Part shown: in pieces, positions 51,686 through 63,850 of the stretch
How the letters are laid out: each line of letters begins with the position of its first letter
Position numbering within the stretch: the first letter of the stretch is position 1
Assembly: GCF_009834535.1 (NCBI RefSeq)
Contig: NC_045697.1
Location: forward strand, 118,236,001-118,300,000
DNA: 64,000 nt
From: Camelus ferus
Lineage: Eukaryota
Direction: 5' to 3'
The notes under the pieces: generated by a model
The model's input: the letters and a program-made list of their open reading frames with translations, nothing else
What the model was told of the DNA's origin: nothing
Databases searched by the model: none
Position numbers and translations under genes: made by a program

Positions 51686-54674
51686 CTCAGGCTGTTTAAC
51701 GTTTTAAATCTCCCTCATGCAGACCCCCATCACCAGCTTCAGAAGCCAGTTTCCTCCTTCAGTGTCTCTGCTTGGAAACTCAGCTTCTGAGGCTGCCTTG
51801 CCATTTTGGTCCCAACTGTGAATTCCCAAGTCTAACTCTCTTCCGTGTACCCAGAGCTCATCCCTGGATGTCTGTCTGTTTGCTCTTATGATTTTTGTTC
51901 CAATGACCTTTCATATAAGGACCTGGCTCTTCTTTTCTTCTGTCACTTCTCCTCCAAGAAGCTGCAATCCTGGGAGGGTCTCCTCAGGGTTTGGAGGTGG
52001 CATCTGCTTCAGAGTTCCGATTCCCAGAACAGTCCGCACCACATTCTCCATCACCATGTCTCTCTCGTTGTTGGGGTTTCCCAGACACTCCTCCTCCTGA
52101 CCACGTACGTCATTCTTAACTTTCTTTTGTAATCATCTGACTTTCTGTCACCTGCATTTCCCGTTGGATCACATTCCCCAATGCCTGCTTATCTGCTGCC
52201 CGGCTCTTTGGGCTCTAAAATATAGAGACTTTCTGCAGGAGGTTCGAGCAAATGAGGATTTAGGAATATGTCTGCATAAGCAACTGCAACTATTGGGTCA
52301 AACAGAATCAACGTATCCATGTGGACAGAATCACCCATCAGTTCTGTGTGAGCCACCTAATCTTTTCTGTTCCTATCTCATCAGTTTCCCTGCACACCTT
52401 CACCTGCTCACATGTGTTATTCACTCCCTTGTAATTTGGCTCCTATTTCACTTTGGCTCCTTAGAGTCCCTTCCTTCCTCATAACTGTTTTGTTTCAACT
52501 CTCTCTTCACGTTGACGAAACTCTTGGTATGTTTCTCAGTTCAAATGCATGACCACTAGATAAGATCGTCCAACTGCATTTCCTATTGGGTCACAGATAA
52601 TAGGTTATAGGTAAGATGTTCAGTCTATTAAATTGGCTAAGCATGGATCAGGTGTAGAACATTGGACCAACTGGTTGTACAAAGGGAAAGGCAGTGTCAG
52701 AGACCACAACATGGCTACTAGACCCACTGCATCCGCAGGGCATGAGGGCAGGGTGGGGACCGTGGCATCTCAAGTATACTGTTTCCTGGTGGCATTTATT
52801 TCTGCATCTCTGAATCCCAAGAACTGACAGAAAGCACATTTTCAAGCCCTATAAAATCATACAAGGAAACTTATATAATTCCATTCTTTTTAGCCATCAG
52901 TTTGATCCCAATTTTCAAGAACTGCTATTCAGAGATATTCAGGAAGATTTACTCTAAGCAGTTATTATGTAGATAAAAAATGACTGAAGTCAATCCATGT
53001 CTTTGAAAATAATTATTCAAACACCAAGAAAAGCTAGATTTATTTGTAAGTAATCCTCTAAAGTGAACAGCAGCAGGAAGCCTGGCTCCTACAATTTTTT
53101 TTTTCTGCTAAATGTGAAAGATTTGCGTGTTACATAATCCATTATCTTTTAAAGGCTTTTAGATGAAGAAAGAGAAATACCTCAGAAGCCAAATTTTCTT
53201 CCATTTTACAGATGGAGACTTATGAGACAAACGTTAATGAGGAAAATACGCCAAAAATTGGATTTTGAGTGTCAGAAAAGTCTCTGTAAAATTCCCTTGA
53301 GAATAAGAACAGAATGCCCATCGTTTGGCAGGAAATTTTCACATCTTTTAGTTCTTTATTAAATTTTGAAATGCAGATAAAAACATCAAAATTAGCTTAA
53401 AAACTGCTTAAGGAAAACAATTATTTAACCTAGTTTAAATAGACCAGTTAAAATAAATATTGTTATAATTTGTACACGTTTTGCACAACTCCCAGGGAAT
53501 CTATTTTCAATACTTTTTCTCACTGATTATATTTTATAATGAAGCTTTTCGATGCTGATTCGATGGTGTCAAAGGAATAGCTAATTGCATAAATAATTTC
53601 TCTGGCTTCTAAGGGAGCCGGAAAGGGAAAACATGAGATTCGCAGGAAATTCCTTTCTTGCAGGGTCGTGGCTTAAAGCAAGGGTAGGAGTCTATTTGGA
53701 AGGTTGTAGAACTGCCTTTATCTTAATCAATGGCCTCACTGAGAAACGCTCCAAAAATCGTATCAAATTCAATACTACGTGTGAAGTTGCGATGCTGTCA
53801 AGGGTGTTGTCTGCTGCTCCTTGCTGCGCATCCTCCCGGTGTTCTGAGTAACTGCTTGGCCTCCATCTGTCTTGTTCCTAGGCGACCCGGGGCCAGAAGC
53901 GACGTCCTCCTGCAGAAATGGCAGGAGACCCCGTGCGCGTTCACCACACTGGCTGACGCGCGAGCCCCACTCCCGCCTTCATCCTGGCCTTGCCCCCTCT
54001 TTACTTTGAGATTTGAAAGCCAGTGCGCATCCTTTATGGAAGAAAAGGGTAAATAATTAAATACACCAGAAGCTGGAAGTGTGGCAAGAACACAGCCAAG
54101 GACTTGTGCCCGTTCGCGTTGAGGACCAAATCTTGGGGACAGATGGGTTAGTGTGGCCCGTGGGTAAACACTGCCTCAGTCACACCATTAGTATCAGAAT
54201 AGCTGAAAAGCTGCTTTACTTTCCTAGGATGATAGAGATGCCATTAAAGAAGCTGGGTTCACAGTTTGGACCCCTCACTTCTATACGGCTTGCCAGGAAT
54301 AACTCTGGGAGCCTACTGTCTAAAAGCTGCTCACGGGGGGACCCAGCCTGGCTTCCTGGAAGAACACACCTGACCAAAACCAGCATGGACGCCACATCAG
54401 TTCTTAGTTTCTACAATAATTCTTCAAATTCGTGTGAAATTTCCTTGTACGACTGGTTTGGGAAACACCTGAAAAGAAGTTCCACTTAATTCATTCAGAA
54501 TAATTGATGAAGATGTATTGGAATTGGAAAGAACAAAAGATAACGGAATATGTCATGGAAACAGAATTATATTATTGCGAAGCACTTATGGGAACAGGAC
54601 TCACAAGCCAGAAGCAAATTGCCAAATACAGGTTCTATAATACTATGCCTTACCAGAGACGTGTTTTTTAAAAA

Positions 54675-54805
54675 TTTTTTTTTAATTTTTTTGCAGGGCA
54701 GGTAGTTTGTTTTTGTTTTTGTTTTTAATGGAGGTATTGGGGATTGAACCCAAGACCTTGTGCATGCTAAGCACGTGTTCTACCACTTGAGTTCTCCCTT
54801 CCCCT
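54675..54805 (-). mobile_element. tRNA-Ala-derived SINE (Vic-1 type)
   Basis: ATGGAGGTATTGGGGATTGAACCCAAGACCTTGTGCATGCTAAGC...TACCACTTGAG. Confidence 0.88.
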
Positions 54806-54819
54806 TAAAATTTTACAAT

Positions 54820-54968
54820 TCTTTTTGGGGGTAGGGGTTTAGTTTTGGGGTTTTCTTTGTTTTGTTTCTTGTTTTGTTTTTAATTTTTTTGTTTTGTTTT
54901 GTTTTATTTTGAGTCCAGGACTTCGTGCATGCTAAGCATGTGCTCTACCACTAAGCTATCATTACCCT
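54820..54968 (-). mobile_element. Second tandem tRNA-Ala-derived SINE (partly deleted)
   Basis: CCAGGACTTCGTGCATGCTAAGCATGTGCTCTACCACTAAGCTAT with a (TTTTG)n tail. Confidence 0.8.
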
Positions 54969-57467
54969 TAATTTTTTTTTTAGGTTTATGAATAGTCATG
55001 GTGAATATTCTTTAATGTATTAAAAATATCTTATTTTTTGATACACAACACACTTTCCCTTTGTTTTTATCTTTTATTTATTTTTATTACTCTGTCAACA
55101 AGCTCTGTAAACCTCACCACAGCTTCATCTGAATTACTCCAAGGCTCAGATTTCATGGAGGCTAAAAAAAAAAAAATACACGTATTGTATCATGAAGGCT
55201 TTTTATGGTCTACTGATGTGAAATATGCTGAAAAACAAGTGTTTGAATCTCTGATGATTTATCTTTCTAATGATTCACCTTGACATGTGATGTATGATGT
55301 TAAGTGAGGCTACATGGAATTCACTCCTTGGCATTCTGCTGTCATTATTCAAAACCAGAAGTGCTGGAAGTCTTCCCAGAAGTAAGGCTTCGGGAGAGCA
55401 GGTGGATTCGTAAAAGGAAAGCCTGTGTGTGGGGGACGATGGGTGTTCAAGGATAACTCTTGTGAAAACACCGCTGCGTGCTTTTCATGTCACTCTCACC
55501 AGCTGGCTGGGAAACCACACAAAGGCTGTCTGTTTCATGCTCCGGAGCAGACTCAAAATATTTATCAAGCCTTCCCCAAACCATACACATAACTCGCTGA
55601 ATGTCTAGACAGGAATAATTAGTACTTAAAGGGAAGGATAACTTATGATGAATTGTGAACAGAGGTGACTGCTGATTCAATGCCGTAGATGTTTTGATCT
55701 TTAAGTTCCATGAAAAACAGCGGTTTCCAGAGCTGGTCTGACCCCAAAGATTCGATTTTCACTCCGTCGCATTGAGCTTTCCCTCCTTGTTCCCAGCCTG
55801 CGATGCCACATCTAGTTCATTTGCTTGCTGTCACCACCCTCACCCCGGGACTTGCCTGTCTCCTCTGGAACATTGCATTTCGTTTGCTTTAATGGGGACT
55901 CTCTTTCCACCCCATGTGGCTGATCATTTGTCTAACTTCCTTCAGAATGCATTCCCTGCAGCCCACCCTGCCTGGGGGTCTTTCCATAATTGGACGCCTC
56001 ACTCTGTCCATCTGAACGATACACAGACACCTCGGCTCCTCACCAGCAGATAAGTTGGTCAGGATACTCTCCATGTGTGTTTCCTGGGCTTGTGATGGTA
56101 AATGCTCTAAGTTTAAAAGTCAAATCTCTATACAAATCCAGACTGTAATTGATGTAAACTATTTTGATTTCTGTATGATAGTTATCTTCGGGTATTTAAT
56201 TTCGCCGTTTGTTGGCCCCATAAGTTAAATGAATATGAGAAGTATTATACAGAAGATTTCTAGAGCAAGTAAGTCCCAAAAGCCTGAATTAAACGATATA
56301 AAATAGTTTCCTTTTCCACAGTACATCTTGGAGCATTCCATGCACCGTGATACAGAACTCTTTTAAGCAGGGCTATGAAATACAGTATTTTCCAAACCTG
56401 TGTAACTGTGAAAATTATTTTGAAAACATGTTTTGTAAGGTATCATTGGACCACTTTGGAAAGCGTTATGTTAGGTAAACAGGGCCCCTCTGTTGACAGT
56501 ACCAGGAATAAGATGTAACGTGTGCTATGGTTTTGCAGGTTATTCAGTTATTTTTCAAGCAATATCGTTTCAAAGAGCCACCTAGTAAGGTCTTCGTGAT
56601 CACCTCACACAGCTTGTCTCAGAATCATTAAAGACCTTGCCAATTTCACACAAGTAGTGATAGTGTTAATAATTCTCAAAGCCTGACCATTGAATTCCAG
56701 TGCTGGTCCGATCTGCATGTTTGCCACCACTCAGCCTGCAGGGGCGTGAAATCAGCCCTGAGAAAATTGCTGTAAAGCCCACCATCCTGAAAGATTAAAA
56801 ATATTGTCACCGTGGATACGGAGGTTCAAAGCGGTGACAGATGTGTAGTCGGTAAGTTTCACTGACATTTTCTGGATCTTAATAGACAACATTTTAATAA
56901 AAACTAAAGGTCATTTTGACTCTGAAACAAGTGGAAGAGAATACAATTCTAACAGGAACAACTAAGATGTAACGGATGAACAAGATTAGGGTATGTGACT
57001 TTATGTGGTAAAGATACTGTTCCAACCCACATTGACCTTTGAAATTTTATATCCTCTGTATTTCCTTCCCTGTTAGTTTACTATCTTAGCAAAACTGAAG
57101 TAAGTTGTACTCATTTCTAGAAACATGGTCTAAATTTTGAGTGAATGGTATACAACATGGTTGAAATAATTTTAAAATATGGATATTTGAGCAATATGTT
57201 TATAGCTCCACTGAATAAAGTACAATACAGCCAATTTTGGTTGAAAGTAATCTACAGTCTTGAAAAGAAACACACATATACAAATATAAAGCAGATATAT
57301 TTAGTTTATACGAAGAAAAAGTCATGTTGTTTGTGTATGTGTGTTGGTAGTAGTAACTACTTTTGGCCTGAAATTATCAAACTTAAATATGCCACAATAC
57401 CAAAAGGCATAAAAAGTCACTCCCATTTACTGAAGGTGTATTAGCTCGTCACATTAAAATTCTAGTT

Positions 57468-57669
57468 TTGCAGATACTAACTAATATACATAAAATAGAC
57501 AAACAGCAAGTTCACGCTGTAGAGCACAGGGAACTATATTCAGTATCTTGTGAGAGCCCATAATGAAAAAGACTGCGAAAGGGAGACCATGTGTGCACAC
57601 GTATGACTGAGCCATGACGCTGTACGCCGGAAATCGACACCACGTTGTAAACTGACTACACTGCAATAA

Positions 57670-57711
<42 letters not shown>

Positions 57712-57713
57712 AG

Positions 57714-57748
<35 letters not shown>

Positions 57749-57754
57749 AATAAA
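57468..57754 (+). mobile_element. Short L1 3' end with (TAAA)n tail
   Basis: TGCAGATACTAACTAATATACATAAAATAGACAAAC..AGCACAGGGAACTATATTCAGTATCTTGT...ACTGACTACACTGCAAT then (TAAA)n. Confidence 0.9.
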
Positions 57755-58746
57755 GTGCAGTTGAAAAGATTGTATAACACTGAAAGGCTTTCTTTTTGTT
57801 CTTTTTTTTTTCTTTTACCATCTGCATCTTAGGGAAAGTCACCATTTTCAGAGCCCAGTTCCTCCCCTGTCTGTCTTTGCTACTGTTTTCATGGGGGTGG
57901 CCACGGATCAGGCACGGGGACTTGGGTGGGGAGTCAGGAAACTTTGGTTCCTGCCGGGACCCTGCCCCGCTCTCTTAGAGACGGGGCTCATATTTCACAG
58001 CACAGCATTCTCTCCCGCAGACGCCAGAGCCCCCGCCTCCCCGGGAAGTTCTGGGAGTTGGCGAGAGATCTTTGATGTGCTCTTCAGAGAGCACAGGTTT
58101 GTGCTAGAAAGACAAACTGTGTTCCATTTGGGGAAAATCCAAAGAAAGTGTTAGATTTTAACTTGGAAAATCTATCAGAACGCAGAAGCAGGGGTGAAAA
58201 GGGGTAACACTCCCACCACAGGCAGAGGGACCGGGGAAAGGTGAGCTCATTTCCCAGCGAAACAAAGAAATGCTTGAAGTATTTTCATACAGTGCCTCTA
58301 GGGTCTGTCTCATGTTTCACTTACAGAATAAACTACAAAGCAGGCACGTTGAAAGCGATGTCAGGTTACTGCTGGGTGTTTTCCCCTTCCTCCCTCATAT
58401 CCACCCCCCCCCCCACCAAATAAAACATCAGCAGTCATTTCTAGAGCCAAATATTTTTAATGAGGCACCTCCAATATTTATCCGATCATTCTCTTTGAAA
58501 AATGCCGTCAGCTCCAGCTCTGAGACCGCTTCCATATTGAAGCATGTAATTCTGCTGCAAAAGGGAAACTCTCTTCTATTGTTTTCAATTAAATGACCCA
58601 TTAGATTGTATTTACTGGGCTCGCTTATTAATTTCCTGGAATCTGATTGTGTAATTCTTGTCCCTTCTAACCTCGTGAAAATGCAACTTCTGACCTCTCT
58701 CCCTTAAAGATTTTTAGGGTGGGGGGCCCGCAGCGTGTGAGGGATG

Positions 58747-58760
58747 GTTGCCATGGCAGC
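58747..58760. promoter_or_regulatory. RFX X-box motif
   Basis: GTTGCCATGGCAGC is a 13/14 match to the palindromic X-box GTTGCCATGGCAAC. Confidence 0.55.
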
Positions 58761-59488
58761 AAAACTCAAGAACTGACTCAGGGTGGTCAAGGTGAATGTG
58801 AAAATTCAGTTCACCTCTAGGATTCAAATATATCAACTTATGCATATGTGTGTGTGGCGGGGGGGTGATACGTGTGACTGTGTTTGGGGGGTTAAGTGAA
58901 CATACTCCAATCCAGCTCTTTGGAAAGAATGTAGTCCAATATAAACTGTGTTTTTGACCCATGCTGCATTGCCCTATTAAAAAAAAAAACAGAATAGTAA
59001 GCAAATTTTCCCATTAAGTTCAACTCTTTAAGATGCACAGGCAAATAAAACAAACTTCAAAGCAAACTGCCACAGCTTTCTCTCCACTTATCAACTCACT
59101 TTACAGGCAGCTGGGGACTTTGAACTTTTAATTTCATTTGCACAGCGTAATTGGGAGCATCTAAACCACTCCTGACTCCACATCGCCCGCCTACCCGTGG
59201 CAGCTGAACACAGTGACTGGGTTGCAGAAATGGTGACGTGTCGGTTTCTGAGGTTTGGCTGTGAACGCATCTCCAGCAGTGAGACCTTGAAGGCGCAGGT
59301 CGGACCCCTTGGTCACCTTTGCTTACTGGCCAGGTTCGTAGCATCACTTCATAAACAAGGAGCCTAGAGGGCCCTTGTGTTCCACTGAGGAGGATCGTTT
59401 TCACGGGGAAAATTCAAAACAAGGTTGCTGCCTGCTGATCACTAGAAGTGAGCCTCAAATGTACGTTCTTGAAAAATGAATGTGTTTC

Positions 59489-59780
59489 AGAAACAGACTC
59501 ACAGACATAGAAACAAACTTACGGTTACCAGGGAAACGGGGGATGAGGGATGAACTGGGAGTTCGGGATTAGCAGATACACACCACTATATATAAAACAG
59601 ATAAACGACAAGGTGCTACTGTGAGGCACATGGAACTGTATTAAATATCTTGTATTAAACTGTAATGAAAAAGAATATGAAAAGGAATATATATGTATAT
59701 AAAACTGAATCACTATTGTATACCAGAAACCAATACAACATGGTTAATCAACTATATCCCAATAAAAAAGGAAGGAAAAA
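59489..59780 (+). mobile_element. Short L1 3' end with TSD
   Basis: AGAAACAGACTCACAGACATAGAAACAAACTTACGGTTACC...AATCAACTATA; TSD GAAAAATGAATGTGTTTC (59471-59488) / GAAAAAGAATGTGTTTC (59781-59797). Confidence 0.92.
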
Positions 59781-61574
59781 GAAAAAGAATGTGTTTCCTT
59801 GCTCTCCACTTACTGTGTCCATCAAATCAGCTTGCAAATATAAGCTAATATGAATATTTTTCTCTCCCATATAAAGTTCCATGCATCATGATTTAAAAAA
59901 ATACATTGAGACCATGACTCCTACACTTGGATACCCTGCTCTGTTCCCACAGGCCCACCCAGTCACCCGCAAAGGTGCACAGACATGGAAACTGGGACCT
60001 TCCTTCTCTATGCTGGTATGCCTTTTCATTCTGGAAGGTTCTGCCAGTATTTGAAGTGTCTTATCTAACAAGATCACTGATTCCCATGCTATTAATTATA
60101 ATTAACAGCTCAAAGATGGGAGTGTTAATTATTCATAGCAAGCATTAACTATCACAGTGTCTCCACGTAAGGCCCAGAGTAAGACTGGATCTCCCTGACC
60201 AGAGCAGGATTTCAGTGAGACACAGACCTGGGAATAAACGCACTGGCAGCCATTCCCGCTGACTCGTCGAGTGTCTGACCCAGACACTATGCACTGGTCT
60301 GTGCGAGAGGGTTTAGGTGCAGTCCTGTCTGGCGGTTGTGGAACGAGCTGACCCATCTCTCAAAGTCCCACGGAGCCCTCTGATCTGCATTCAGCGGGCC
60401 CCAGACCACACACAGGCCCTTTTACGACATCGCTTCCTTGAATATTTGTTTTCTTTGTGGAGCACATGGGAAGACAGAAGGAAAAGCCCTCTTTATCATA
60501 ACAGAGTCCTACAAAGGAAAATGATTTTACCATCAAGAGAAAATGACTACCATAAAAGATAAAATCTGTGCCTTTATCAGCTTGACATTGAATGCCATCC
60601 AAAGTTAAGCATATCGAGTCAGAAGGGCTTCAGGTTTCTGCCCCGATTTGGGCTGGGATATTTATCTTCCCCTCAGTTACCAAGAGGGGAGCGTGGTTCC
60701 TCCGGTCGGGTGGTGGGAGCGGGTGCTGCTTGTTTAGTCTGTACCATTACAGAATTTATGGTCTGGTTTTGACTCAGAAGGATACTTCCAAATAAGGAAT
60801 CAGAAGGATTTATAAGCTCTGGGCGGTGGAACCACCACATGTTACATTCAAGTAAAGGAAACAAAGTAGGGAATTTCCTTAAAATGATGACTTCACGGCC
60901 CTGCTATTTCTGTGGCCCAAGAGGGGTTTATATTTGTAATTAGGTCTGGAATCGCATGTGATGACTCTTCTCCTGTCTTTGTAAGGGTCGAGAGGTGGGT
61001 GATGTCTTACTGAGAGCTTCTCCACAAATCTGTGAGATTTCCAGAAGGACTTTTCTAAGCACACAGCTACTCATGAGAAATTGATTCGGATATTCTAGAT
61101 CAGAGATAAAGAGCACTTCCGTTCTGATAACCCGGAGCATCTTTTGTACACACATAACATTTCACGTGCAGCCTCGCAGCTGGTGTCCTGCCCCGTCTTC
61201 ACCAGCTGCCCTTGCCTTCTGCACAATGCAGCCTAGCTCCTGTGGGTAGGGTTATTTAACTGGTTTTTTACATTTTTGTTTTCTTCAGGGTAAAATGCAA
61301 ACATTTTTAGAAAGGTGTTTATTGGTTCTATGTCATCCAGCCAAAAACTCAGCAAAAGGGCAGCCACTTTGTGAATATCTCAGGGTCTGAGGACACATGG
61401 TCACTGATGAAGCTACTCAACCCTGCGGATGCAGCACCGGAAGCCAGGGTGCACGTGGGAATAAATGCGCATGGCGGTGTTTCCGGCAAGTTTCATCCAC
61501 GAATCTGGGCTTCAGGTCTGGTGTGCATCAGCCGGGGGCCGACCCGCCCTGGATCCAGCCAGCCCGGACCCGCT

Positions 61575-62000
61575 TCTCCAGTTAACCCCCATCCTCCCTG
61601 GCCCTCCTGCTACGTTCCAGCCAGCATGAACTAGCTCCTGTTCCTTGACCTGTCCTGGTTTTTCTTGCTTCTAAGTTTTTGCACCTGCTGTTCCTTCTCT
61701 CCTCCTAGGAGAAAATTATTCTCAACTTTCAAGAATATAATTCCGATTTATGTTTCAGAATTCAGGTTAGCTATGACATCTTCAAAGAAGGCTCCGTCAC
61801 CTTCACCCGCACTGACTTCCATATGTCACCATATACATTTCCACGCAGCATCGTAGTCCTCTGTGTAATGTGTTTTCCTCCCATTCCATGCCGGTGTCCC
61901 TAAAGGCAGGGTCGATGGCTTTTACCTGATTGTTTTCCAAGATATCCAGACAGTCTACCACATGACAGGTGACATAAATTCCTGTAAGTGAATGAAGTAA
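61575..62000 (+). mobile_element. L2 LINE 3' end
   Basis: TTTGCACCTGCTGTTCCTTCT...TGACATCTTCAAAGAAGGCT...AAGGCAGGG...GTAAGTGAATGAA L2 terminal pattern. Confidence 0.65.
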
Positions 62001-62238
62001 AACACTACCACGTGTTTTCAACTCCATTTGGGCTCAGCCAGGGGAGGAGAGAGGATTTTTAGGGGCTACTTAGTGAGGTGATTATCGAGATCAGTAAATT
62101 TCAGATCTCCCCACGGCGGCCACTTTTGCTGCCAAAAATACGAGTGCTCGCTCACAAGCTCCTGATTATCATCCTTGACTATTTATGGACATAAACTTTT
62201 CAGGAAAAAACAAAAGATGTTGCCTTATCTATAGAAAT

Positions 62239-62737
62239 TGTGAATGAAAAACATTGAAGCAGTATCAGTAAACAAAGGATGCTGCGTCCATCAAGCCATC
62301 AGCCGCTACTGCCACCCCCGACAGTGAGCGGAGGGGGCTCAGGTGCAGACAAGCAGGCAGCGCGGCCTCTGCTGCACCCCCGACGGTGCCCCTGAGGGGA
62401 CTCAGGATGGGAACGAGCAGGACACTGGCCCTAGACAGCTAGGTGCACATCAAAGGAATGATTTCAATGAGCCCAGACCTTTGCACATTCTCATACCCAG
62501 AAAAGCGCCAAATTCGTTAACTTGAGATGTCTAGTTTTCTTTAATTAACAGCAATCTTTTGATATCTGACTACCTGGTTTTTGTTGCAAAAAATCCTATA
62601 AATCCAGACCCCTCCCTTGCCTCTATGGGAGCTGTCTCCTAGAGTGACCTGAGATGTCCCGGGCTCAAGTCCTCAGAAAGCCCGTTGAATGAAACATAAC
62701 TCTCAAATTTAGCTTGTGCATTTTATTTCAGTTGACA
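62239..62737 (+). mobile_element. ERV1-class solo LTR
   Basis: TGTGAATGAAAA...TTTCAGTTGACA termini, TATAAA at 62597-62602, degenerate poly(A) signal AATGAAA near 62688, 4-bp TSD-like AAAT/AAAC. Confidence 0.8.
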
Positions 62738-63579
62738 AAACTATACCATATGTCACACATTTTGGAGAATAGTCAAGGATCAAGAGTCTCTTTCTTTAGA
62801 TACCTGAATGTGCGGGCAAAAATCAGCTCTACGACAGAAGGATTAATTTTTTGAATGGCCATCACTAGAAATCCAAAAGGAAAAAGGAAGTTTTAATTAG
62901 TTGGTATCAAAGAGAAACTCGTAAAGTAGAAAAACAGAAGCAAAACTGAAAGCAAGCTAGCGTGACATACTTTGATCAGGAAAACACTTTTACACAAATT
63001 ACACCTGAGTGGTAAATGTATTTGCATGTAACAGGACAGTGAATCTGCTTTGTTTCCAGATGAAGCAGGTTGTTTGACAAATGCTACCATCAGATAGACA
63101 GCCCTGGAGTAAAGCAGAATTCTTACCACTCTGCGAAGAATAACATCTTTGTTTTCTGTTGCCATTACAGCCCTAACTCAGCCACTTTTTTCCCATAAAG
63201 CTTTTTATCACTCACCTTTTGCACATCATCTGTCAGTATGGTGGGCGCTGCGGTGTGAGTTGCATTGGGAGCTTTGATTTTGCACTGGATTCTCTTGGTC
63301 CATACACAGTACCATTGGTGCGCCATGTAACCACATGCAAATTACTTAACCTTTCCTGTCTCTTTTTCCAGGAGAGAGCAGTTGAAAATGGGCATGACAA
63401 TATATCCAGTCCCATCCTATTTGGGGATCCTTTGTGCCAATGCCACAACTTTGTATAATACAGGGAACCCTTGTGATTGGCAAAAAGTCATTTTGGGCTC
63501 ACTTCTCATTGAAATAATAATAATTATTTCATTATTATTCATTATTATTAATATTAATATTATTATTATTATTACAAGA

Positions 63580-63850
63580 GCAATAACAGCCAAAGCTCAT
63601 ACAGAGCTTCCTGTAGGGCAAACACTCAACACTTCACAAGTATTTGCTCATTTAGAATCCACGTAGATTTCATAAATAAAATAGAATCCTCCGTAGTCTA
63701 TGGAGGTCATTACAATTACCTTCCCCAGATGAGGAAATTGAATTATGGAGAATTTACACAACTTTCCCAAAGTCACACAGTGGCAGGGCTGGGATTCCGA
63801 TGCAGGCAGGCTGACTTGCGAACTGTGTGTACTTAAATCCTCCACACTGG
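63580..63850 (-). mobile_element. MIR SINE
   Basis: CAGATGAGGAAATTGA...AACTTTCCCAAAGTCACACAGTGGCAGGGCTGGGATTC antisense MIR core. Confidence 0.8.

Noticed and set aside
51910..52125. ~70-codon open frame on the minus strand (KVKNDVRGQEEECLG...EEKKSQVLI)
   Set aside because: No recognisable homology, no clear splice boundaries, and it ends in a stop.
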